Shown piece by piece: positions 18,524-26,174 of a stretch of 41,771 bases of DNA. The position numbers were made by a program, and so were the translations under genes. Source of the DNA: Fibrobacterales bacterium. Lineage in GTDB: Bacteria > Fibrobacterota > Fibrobacteria > Fibrobacterales > JAOPTW01. The notes under the pieces are model-generated. The model did no database searches. It was given only the letters and a program-made list of their open reading frames with translations, and was not told where the DNA came from. The DNA lies in contig JAOPTW010000086.1 of assembly GCA_051532035.1 (NCBI GenBank), positions 1-41,771 on the forward strand, read 5' to 3'. The number at the start of each line of letters is the position of its first letter. Position 1 is the stretch's first letter.

Positions 18524-20317
18524 CTATACCTCTGGCTCTTGATCGTACTCTTCGAGTGATTCGCCTTGTAGTTTTACTTGCTCAAGAACTTCGATTAGGA
18601 TTTCCTGAGTTTTGAGTGCATTTTCGACAAGTACCTCTGATGCTTTCTCGTGAAAGGCTTCGAGTGTTGATTCCAGTTTTTCGTAGAAACTATTTTGATC
18701 ATCAGTTTCTGACTCAGAAGAAGAGACATGTTCTATCAAGGATTCAACACCGACAGTAAACATTTCGAGGGATGCCTGGAATTCAACCTGGTTAATCTTC
18801 ATGAGGCTACCACCCTCAGAAATATTTTCTGTGAAGTTCTTGAGTGAACTCATTTGTTCAGAGTATTGGGTTTCAAGTTCTTTGCCCAGTTTTTCTTGAA
18901 TCTCAAAATTGTCTTTTGCTGCTTGGGCAAGGGTTTCGAACTCTTCTTGTAGTTTACTAAACCCATCTCGACTTATCATGCTAATAGATTCTTTGAGACT
19001 TTCTGTAAACTCTGTTGTTTTTTGGAAGACTGTATCCATCTGACCTTGATTGTGGGTCAAATATTCAGTTTGAAGATCTCTTGACTGCTCTTGGTGCGTA
19101 TTAAGAAGCTCCATTTGTCTCTCAATTTGTTGGCCTTGAGCTTCTGGTATAGACTGTATTACTGTATGGAGGTTGTCGAGCTGAGTTGATACGCCTTGTG
19201 CGCTGAGCTCTGCAATCTCTTTTTGCATATCAGGAATAGTTTTAATAAAACTGTTTAGCTCGGAAAGACGCTCTGTAATCTCACTTGAGGTGTTGCTACT
19301 AATTTCTTTTTGAGCTTCAAGTATTGAGCGGGCACTGCTCTCAACTTGAGAACTAAATGAAGTGAGAAGTTCTTTTTGCGTTTCAATAGCTTCTGTGGCG
19401 CTTTCAGAGTGTTTGCTGATAATGTCATCGAGAACAGATTTATGTGAACCAGAGAGTTTCTCAATCACTTGAGAATTTGCCTCTGTAATTGATTGCTGAA
19501 GTGTGGTAAATGTGGCCTCAAGTTTATCACTAATCTGACTGCTGAGTGATGATGAGTTATTGGTCAATTGCGTACTCATCTCATTTGAGTATTGAGTAAG
19601 TTTTGCACCAAGTGAATCTACAAATTGAGAGAGATTACTACTGAGTTCTGTTATGAGTTGTTCGTTACGGTTTTCTTGCTGAGGTGCTAGTTGAGGTATA
19701 AGGTAAAAGTGAGTGTATTCTTCTACTTCCGACATCATCTCAATGTAGGCATTTTTTACAACAGAATTTGCAACACTTAAAAGCATAAACGCTATTAGGC
19801 CTGTTAAACTGGTGCCAAAAATACCATTCATGTCAGAGAAAATTGTTGTGATCAGTGTTTGAATCTGAAAGCTTTCACTCATTGAGCTGCCGGCTGTAGA
19901 TATAGCCCCCATTAAACCAAAGAAGGTTCCGAGAAGCCCAAGAGTCATTGTAAGGTTAGCTGCTGATGAACCAAGTTTACTTGAAGCACGAGCTGAAAGA
20001 ATTTCAGAAAATGCAGAAAGGTCAACTTGCTGATCACGGGCTTGTAGGTCTTTGAGTATTTCATATCGTTGATAGATGATTCTATCCGAGGGTTCAATTT
20101 CAGAACTGCCGGTGCTTTTTTGTTCTTGGATAGCATTTATTTCAGCCTGGGCAAAAGCGAGGTTCTTAAGGTTTTTAAATTGAGTATATGCAAAGATTGC
20201 AAGGAGTACTCCCCAAATAACATAGCCATAGAGTGGGAACTGAAAATAGAGACATCCAATGAGACCTGCGAGTCCGAGAATGCTGAGAATGATTATTTTC
20301 CGTACAGCTGCTTTCAT
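18524..20317 (-). CDS. zorA: MotA/TolQ/ExbB-like channel subunit with a very long cytoplasmic helical tail, ZorA
   Basis: N-terminal TM helices, MotA-type motifs LGLLGTFFGL and IFGTSLTGL, then ~390 aa of Q/S/E/L-rich helical tail. ATG 20317 (or TTG 20320) follows AAGGA. Confidence 0.75.
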   Translation of the reverse strand: MKAAVRKIIILSILGLAGLIGCLYFQFPLYGYVIWGVLLAIFAYTQFKNLKNLAFAQAEINAIQEQKSTGSSEIEPSDRIIYQRYEILKDLQARDQQVDLSAFSEILSARASSKLGSSAANLTMTLGLLGTFFGLMGAISTAGSSMSESFQIQTLITTIFSDMNGIFGTSLTGLIAFMLLSVANSVVKNAYIEMMSEVEEYTHFYLIPQLAPQQENRNEQLITELSSNLSQFVDSLGAKLTQYSNEMSTQLTNNSSSLSSQISDKLEATFTTLQQSITEANSQVIEKLSGSHKSVLDDIISKHSESATEAIETQKELLTSFSSQVESSARSILEAQKEISSNTSSEITERLSELNSFIKTIPDMQKEIAELSAQGVSTQLDNLHTVIQSIPEAQGQQIERQMELLNTHQEQSRDLQTEYLTHNQGQMDTVFQKTTEFTESLKESISMISRDGFSKLQEEFETLAQAAKDNFEIQEKLGKELETQYSEQMSSLKNFTENISEGGSLMKINQVEFQASLEMFTVGVESLIEHVSSSESETDDQNSFYEKLESTLEAFHEKASEVLVENALKTQEILIEVLEQVKLQGESLEEYDQEPEV

Positions 20318-20335
20318 CAATAGAATCCTTTTTAT

Positions 20336-21277
20336 TTACTTTTTATTTTTAAAGAGGTCGAGTTGCCCTTGTGAGAAACCACGCGAAAATATTTCCCACT
20401 TGGCTTTGTACCAGTGAGATATTTCGAGGGATATCCCAAGGCAGAAGTCGACATAATCTTCTGTAAATGCTCTAAACCCATTGTCCCATAAGCCCAATGG
20501 GTTCCATGCGCGATTGCCAATGGCATTAAAAAGCGCTGCTTCAGTAGCATAATAACGTTTGGGCTGTTTTTGAATGCCCGTAATAAACTTTTTTTGTGCG
20601 AGAGTGTACAGTGAGCTTCGGATGTTGGTAATTACATTTTGATCAATATTGCGAAGCCCCGCCTCAAGAGTCGGGAGTATCTTAGTCACTGGTGTAGAAA
20701 TAGAGCTTTGATGCCAGAGGTTGGAACCGTTTTTCTGAATATGGGTCGCACGTGAATAAGTGGTTACAAGGTTCTTTTCTGAGTCACCAACCATAAGGTG
20801 GAGTGTTTGTAAAAAGAAATCTTTGATCTCTTTACTCCGATGTCCCACTTTGAGTCGGTAGCCTTCATCACTTTTTTCAATCCAGCCACCTTCTCTAAGA
20901 ACAGGGATCATTACATCAGCAGTAAGTCTCTGTGCCCATTTAGATCGGAAGTCAGCAAATTTATCTTCAATCTCTTTATTAAGTGCATTGAATTCTTTTT
21001 GACAATACTTTAAGCACTCTTCTGATTCAGAAATATATTCACTCTCTAAAGTGAAGTTTTTCTGAGATTGTTCAATATGTTCCCTTAATATTATGGAGTA
21101 TGAGTTGTTCATTGAGTGACTCAATTGTTGAACAACTTTTTGTTGAGGCAAAAAACTTTTAAGGTCAACAATTGACTGACCGGTAAACTGTTTGAAAGCT
21201 TTCCTAAAATTACTATCCAAAGGGCATATTGTTGGTTGAAATTCGATGCAGAAATATAGAAATTCTAGGGGGATCAA
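20336..21277 (-). CDS. Soluble helical hypothetical protein in the ZorF (DUF3348) position
   Basis: 313 aa ORF with TTG start, ending ~15-18 nt before the zorA start. Resemblance to DUF3348 is weak and by eye only; the assignment is mostly positional. Confidence 0.5.
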   Translation of the reverse strand: MIPLEFLYFCIEFQPTICPLDSNFRKAFKQFTGQSIVDLKSFLPQQKVVQQLSHSMNNSYSIILREHIEQSQKNFTLESEYISESEECLKYCQKEFNALNKEIEDKFADFRSKWAQRLTADVMIPVLREGGWIEKSDEGYRLKVGHRSKEIKDFFLQTLHLMVGDSEKNLVTTYSRATHIQKNGSNLWHQSSISTPVTKILPTLEAGLRNIDQNVITNIRSSLYTLAQKKFITGIQKQPKRYYATEAALFNAIGNRAWNPLGLWDNGFRAFTEDYVDFCLGISLEISHWYKAKWEIFSRGFSQGQLDLFKNKK

Positions 21278-21334
21278 CAGAGAAAATTGGGGCCCCTCAC
21301 AAATTCGTTAATGCCCGGTTTAATCAATATGAGC

Positions 21335-22027
21335 TTAAAAAGTAGTTTCTATTGATTTCCAGATAGATTTGGCAATTTTCTTGTCAGTAACAGGTTTTTG
21401 GCTCATATTGATGGAATTCATTATACGGTTATTTTTGTTAACTGATTGGGTAAGATTCAAAATTCCACCCATCTCAAGGTAGGTGCCAAAAGCATTATTC
21501 TCAATGGTAGCGCCTTTAATAGATACTTCGCTATTTGCAACGGTAATACCATAGCGATTCTCAGTAAACGAACCCCCGCTTATCCGAACATTACTGGAGT
21601 TTTCGATCCATACACCATAGTGGTTATTAATAAATTGATTTTCTTTTAAGACGCCCTGAATGTTGAGAAAAGAATTTTTAAATCCGTTCATTATCACAAC
21701 ATAATTCATTACAATGGGAGATGGTGAGCCATGTATATGCAGCCCAACCCAGTGATTACTTGGATTCTCGGCGTGAAAAACGATGTTCTTTTGAGAAGTT
21801 CCGAGAAACCGAATATGCCCTTTCAAAAGGAGTTTAGTATAATTTCGAAATTTGAGTACCACACCACCCTCTATAGTAAGAGTGTCTTCCGAATTATTAA
21901 AGAGGTTCTCATCTATAATATATGGACTATCACCCTGATGAAGATGCACCGAGCCTTTGAGTGATGTGAGAATGGTATTTGCATTGATGGAGGTGACAAG
22001 TAGCATAATTGACAAAAGTTTAATCAT
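21335..22027 (-). CDS. Secreted right-handed parallel beta-helix protein
   Basis: Signal peptide; SPYII...LTIEGGVVLKF...GT...IVF...WVG motif; NN.YG(I/V)-type repeats (NNHYGV, ENRYGI, NNAFGT); ATGA overlap with the upstream gene. Confidence 0.75.
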   Translation of the reverse strand: MIKLLSIMLLVTSINANTILTSLKGSVHLHQGDSPYIIDENLFNNSEDTLTIEGGVVLKFRNYTKLLLKGHIRFLGTSQKNIVFHAENPSNHWVGLHIHGSPSPIVMNYVVIMNGFKNSFLNIQGVLKENQFINNHYGVWIENSSNVRISGGSFTENRYGITVANSEVSIKGATIENNAFGTYLEMGGILNLTQSVNKNNRIMNSINMSQKPVTDKKIAKSIWKSIETTF

Positions 22028-22818
22028 GGCACCCTCTGTAGTGTTACTGATTGAATAATTTGGTAATTGGGGAATAGTTTATTCGCGATTTTGAGACTGA
22101 TCGTCCCAGAAATATCAAAAGTACCAAACTCCAAATCACCATCATCAATATTAAACACTAAAGAGCCTTGGCCTAAAATAAAATTGTCTTCAGCCACCAT
22201 AAGGGCACCCTCTTCTATTTTGTATTTAAGAGTGGTCAAAATTTTAGCAAATGATTGATCACCATTAGAGTATATATCATTGACCTTAAACCACTTGTAG
22301 AGATGGTTACTGCTATTTTTGCCCGTAGGTATTTTGAGTTGTTTTTCCCAAGTATCGCCAATGTATGTTTCATGACGGGGGAGAGACGGTTGAATTTTAA
22401 GGAGGATATTTGCGAGGTTGAATCCCGAAACTTCCATTTCATCTGTAGCACTATTATTTTCAAAGTCTTTGATTTCGCCATAAGGGTTTATTTTAAACTC
22501 TGATTTTTGTGAGAGAAGATAGTGTTCAATATGACGGCATTCCTCAACAGTGTATTGATTTGATCTGAAATCAATAGAGTCGATGCCTATTAAAAACCGG
22601 CTCGTTTTGTCATCAAATGCTGTTTGTAATGATTTTGTGAAATAGATTTGCGCTTCACTAAAAAAACTACTCTCGGAATCACCTGAAATAAGTTGAAGTT
22701 TTGTTTGTAAAAAATAGTGGCGTGGGTTTTCTGATGTAAGATTAAAAGAGAGCTGTTTTGTCTCTTTTTGGCACGCAGTAACTATGAGGATTGTTATTAA
22801 AAGGAGTGTTTTACCCAT
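22024..22818 (-). CDS. Lipoprotein of unknown function (beta-rich, possibly DUF6263-like)
   Basis: Lipobox IVTA-C; LP....IGDTW motif; tightly coupled to both neighbours. Confidence 0.65.
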   Translation of the reverse strand: MGKTLLLITILIVTACQKETKQLSFNLTSENPRHYFLQTKLQLISGDSESSFFSEAQIYFTKSLQTAFDDKTSRFLIGIDSIDFRSNQYTVEECRHIEHYLLSQKSEFKINPYGEIKDFENNSATDEMEVSGFNLANILLKIQPSLPRHETYIGDTWEKQLKIPTGKNSSNHLYKWFKVNDIYSNGDQSFAKILTTLKYKIEEGALMVAEDNFILGQGSLVFNIDDGDLEFGTFDISGTISLKIANKLFPNYQIIQSVTLQRVP

Positions 22819-22822
22819 TAAG

Positions 22823-23431
22823 TCAGTCTTTGCTAAAATCTATTGTAACATTGGTTAAATTTAAGTCTTTTAGCGAGGACTTTTGGGATAATTCTCTATA
22901 TTCATCACTATTCTGAGTGATTAATCCTAATATTTTCGCACAATCTTCTGCTGATTCGGCGACGACGAGCTCTTCGATGTCAGGTGAAAAGAGGTAAAAT
23001 TTTCCCTCTTTTTCCCATTGGAGGGTTTTCACGTTTGCTTCGTCAAGCGCTGTTTCAACAATAGTTGGTTTTTTAATTTGCGAAGCGACAATTTCTTTCA
23101 GTTCATCAGGTGGTGTTGTTTTAAGGATGCACTGATTGATTTTATAATTCTTCGCTTTCTTTGTAATGGTCTTGTCAAATTCAGCTGAAGTAAGAAGAAT
23201 AGGGGTGCGCTTGTATTGAGGAAGTTTACGAATTTTTGTTGCGAGGTCAAAACCAGTGATACCACCACCGAGGTTGTACTCAACAAGGAAGGCATCAAAT
23301 GTGTGTGACTTAATCAACTTCAGGGCATCCTGAACATTGTTGGCAGGAAAGGTCTCTGCAATATCACTCAGATCTTTCGAGGTTTGCGCAGTAGCTTCTT
23401 TGCTGTCATCTAAATGGAGTATGTTAAACAA
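22823..23431 (-). CDS. Atypical response regulator (receiver domain + unknown ~80 aa C-terminal domain)
   Basis: ILHLDDS, FDAFLVE (Glu at the phospho-Asp position), GFDL, TPILLTS and ILK; TTG start with GAGGTG RBS. Confidence 0.8.
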   Translation of the reverse strand: MFNILHLDDSKEATAQTSKDLSDIAETFPANNVQDALKLIKSHTFDAFLVEYNLGGGITGFDLATKIRKLPQYKRTPILLTSAEFDKTITKKAKNYKINQCILKTTPPDELKEIVASQIKKPTIVETALDEANVKTLQWEKEGKFYLFSPDIEELVVAESAEDCAKILGLITQNSDEYRELSQKSSLKDLNLTNVTIDFSKD

Positions 23432-23521
23432 CGATCACCTCACAGTATTATATCACGTGGTAGTACAATTTTATTGCCTTATTATATTATACTTTTCGGC
23501 TATTGTGCACTGAAAAATGAT

Positions 23522-23553
23522 AAAAAAAGGGGAGTTTTTAAAAAAACTCCCCT
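23522..23553 (-). terminator. Intrinsic terminator after trxB
   Basis: AGGGGAGTTTTT/AAAAACTCCCCT stem with an A tract on the left (T tract on the minus strand). Confidence 0.75.
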
Positions 23554-23608
23554 GTAATCAATAGCTATGACTTCTGGATAAGTCCGCTTTATATTTTATT
23601 ATAAGGTT

Positions 23609-24553
23609 TTAAGCCTGGTCGAGTAAGAAGTGTTCTGCTTCGAGAGCGGCCATACAGCCAGTACCTGCAGAAGTGATTGCTTGACGATATTTACTGTCTT
23701 GTACATCACCGGCGGCAAAAACACCTGGAACGGAAGTTTTTGTAGTACCTGCTTCAGTCACAATGTATCCTGTGGTATCTGTTTCAATTTGACCGTTTAA
23801 GAAACCGGTATTTGGGGTGTGTCCAATAGCATAAAAGAGGCCTTTGGCTTCAATCTTAGTCTGTTCACCAGTTTGAGTGTTTTCGCATACTACATGAGTT
23901 AAGGTGTTCTCACCCAATGTTTCTTTAGGAACAGTATTCCACAGTATTTCAATTTTTTCATTATCAAAAGCACGTTGTTGCATTGCTTTAGAGGCACGAA
24001 GCTCATCACGGCGGTGTACAAGATATACTTTTGAACCAAATTTAGTAAGGTGTACCGCTTCTTCCACAGCAGAGTCACCGCCGCCAATAACCATAAGTGG
24101 TACATTTTTAAAGATGGGGAGTGCACCATCACATACAGCACAAGCTGAGATACCCTTTTGCCAATATTGATCTTCCCCAGGGAGATTCATGCGGCGAGCC
24201 GTTGCACCAGTAGCAATGATTACTGTTTCTGCCTCTAGGGTCTCACCACCTTCAACGGTCAAAATAAAAGGGCGTTTGGAAAGGTCTGCAGATTCAATGG
24301 TTTCTGTTCTAATGCTCGCACCCGAATTGATAGATTGGTCGCGCATTTGGAACATAAGCTCTGGGCCAGAAATACCAGTAGGGAATCCAGGAAAATTCTC
24401 AATTTCTGTGGTTGTGGTAAGTTGTCCGCCAGCAGCAATGCCGCCAGCCATAAATCCTTCATACATAATGGGGGTGAGGTTTGCTCTACCTGCATAAATT
24501 GCGGCAGTATGCCCTGCTGGACCAGATCCGATAATAACTACTTTTTCAGCCAT
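23609..24553 (-). CDS. trxB: Thioredoxin-disulfide reductase
   Basis: IIGSGPAG, GGQLTTTTEIENFPGF, CAVCDG active site, GGGDSA and FAAGDVQD...QAITSAG motifs. Confidence 0.96.
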   Translation of the reverse strand: MAEKVVIIGSGPAGHTAAIYAGRANLTPIMYEGFMAGGIAAGGQLTTTTEIENFPGFPTGISGPELMFQMRDQSINSGASIRTETIESADLSKRPFILTVEGGETLEAETVIIATGATARRMNLPGEDQYWQKGISACAVCDGALPIFKNVPLMVIGGGDSAVEEAVHLTKFGSKVYLVHRRDELRASKAMQQRAFDNEKIEILWNTVPKETLGENTLTHVVCENTQTGEQTKIEAKGLFYAIGHTPNTGFLNGQIETDTTGYIVTEAGTTKTSVPGVFAAGDVQDSKYRQAITSAGTGCMAALEAEHFLLDQA

Positions 24554-24667
24554 AATAATTCCATTCGATATTTTCTTTAAAAGTAATAATAACGAATTAT
24601 TGACAAAAGGGAAGGGTTGTAATAGTTACAGAATTGATTAAAAAAGGGGGACTACTGAGAAGAATAC

Positions 24668-24694
24668 AAAAAAGGCCACCTTAAAAAGGTGGCC
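24668..24694 (-). terminator. Intrinsic terminator after gltD
   Basis: GGCCACCTT-aaa-AAGGTGGCC with a T tract on the minus strand. Confidence 0.8.
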
Positions 24695-24716
24695 GAAATA
24701 AATAAATAGTATTTAA

Positions 24717-26174
24717 TTATGCAAAAAGGTTTGTATTTGCTTTTTGCTCGAGTTGTGATGGACGTGCTTGTAAGAACTCATCTACGGCCACTGCACATTC
24801 TCTCCCTTGAGAAATAGCAGTAACTACTAGAGATTGACCAATGTGAGCATCACCACAGGTAAACACATTGTCACCCGAAGTTGTTTTAAAGTTGGTAAAT
24901 GTTTTAACATTACCGCGCTCATCATAATCAACAGCAAGTGTATCACAGAGCCCATCGTGTTGTGGGTGTAAAAAGCCCATCGCAAGAAACGCCCGTTCAC
25001 AAGGGATTTCTTTTTCAGAGCCCGTTACTTCAACAGGTTTACCATCTGTCCACTGAACATCAATGGTTTTTACTGCTTTGAGGTTACCTTCATTATCACC
25101 AATAAACTCTTTAGTCATAATTGAGTAGAACTGTTCAACACCTTCTTGGTGTGATGTCGTAAACTTTTTGACACGAGGGTATTGTGGCCATGGATTGTTA
25201 GAAGCACGTTGTACAGGAGGTTCAGGCATAAGCTCAAACTGTTTTACATTTGATGCACCATGCCGATTTGAAGTACCAACACAGTCAGAACCAGTATCAC
25301 CACCACCAATTACCACAACATTTTTATCTGTTGAAAGAATTTCTTCACCTTCGTACTCTTTACCTTGAACACGTTGAGAATTCTGTTTGAGGTATTCCAT
25401 TGCAAAATAGACACCTTTCAAATTTCTTCCTGGAACCGGGAGATCACGGGGAACAGTAGAGCCAATTGCAAGAACGATGGCGTCAAATTCAGACTTAATA
25501 GAATCAATTGAGATGTCTTTGCCAATATTTGCATTGATCTTAAACTCTACACCAGCTTCAGTCATTACTGAAAGGCGACGATCAATTATCGATTTATCAA
25601 GTTTAAAATCAGGGATTCCATAGCGAAGGAGGCCACCAATTGCATTGTCACGCTCAAATACGGTAACATTGTGTCCCGCTGAGTTTAATTGATCTGCTGC
25701 TGCAAGACCTGCAGGACCTGAACCAATAACTGCTACTGATTTTCCGGTACGTGGAACAGAGTTTTTATTTTTAACCCAGCCATTTTTAAACGCTTCTTCA
25801 ATTATAAAACGTTCAATATTATGGATAGTCACTGGTAGTGCATTGATTCCAAGAACACAGCTTCCTTCACAAGGAGCGGGGCAAATTCTACCAGTAAACT
25901 CAGGGAAGTTATTGGTAGAACTGAGGATATCAAATGCCTCAGCCCAATTCTCTTTGTATACCGCATCATTAAATTCTGGAATAATGTTACCCAGTGGGCA
26001 ACCATTATGACAAAATGGAGTACCGCAGTCCATACAACGAGCGGCTTGGCCGTTGATTTGTTCTGCAAACTCTTCATCTTTATAGAATTCTTTATAATGT
26101 TTAACACGCTCATCAGCAGGTTGTTTACCCGGCTCTTCACGATCAAATTTTAAGAAACCATGTGGGTTACCCAT
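24717..26174 (-). CDS. gltD: Glutamate synthase small subunit
   Basis: RCMDCGTPFCH.GCP, NNFPEFTGRICPAPCE, GSGPAG and GGGDTGSDC motifs; overlaps the gltB stop. Confidence 0.96.
   Translation of the reverse strand: MGNPHGFLKFDREEPGKQPADERVKHYKEFYKDEEFAEQINGQAARCMDCGTPFCHNGCPLGNIIPEFNDAVYKENWAEAFDILSSTNNFPEFTGRICPAPCEGSCVLGINALPVTIHNIERFIIEEAFKNGWVKNKNSVPRTGKSVAVIGSGPAGLAAADQLNSAGHNVTVFERDNAIGGLLRYGIPDFKLDKSIIDRRLSVMTEAGVEFKINANIGKDISIDSIKSEFDAIVLAIGSTVPRDLPVPGRNLKGVYFAMEYLKQNSQRVQGKEYEGEEILSTDKNVVVIGGGDTGSDCVGTSNRHGASNVKQFELMPEPPVQRASNNPWPQYPRVKKFTTSHQEGVEQFYSIMTKEFIGDNEGNLKAVKTIDVQWTDGKPVEVTGSEKEIPCERAFLAMGFLHPQHDGLCDTLAVDYDERGNVKTFTNFKTTSGDNVFTCGDAHIGQSLVVTAISQGRECAVAVDEFLQARPSQLEQKANTNLFA

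Noticed and set aside
17852..20317. Flagellar motAB or exbBD/tolQR interpretation
   Set aside because: The A subunit has a ~390 aa C-terminal tail, the B subunit has an OmpA domain (unlike ExbD/TolR), and no flagellar or TonB genes are adjacent.
23609..24553. TrxB has a CAVC active site and GIAAGGQL motif like plant/fungal enzymes, hinting at eukaryotic transfer
   Set aside because: This subtype is also known in several bacterial phyla; nothing can be concluded without a phylogeny.
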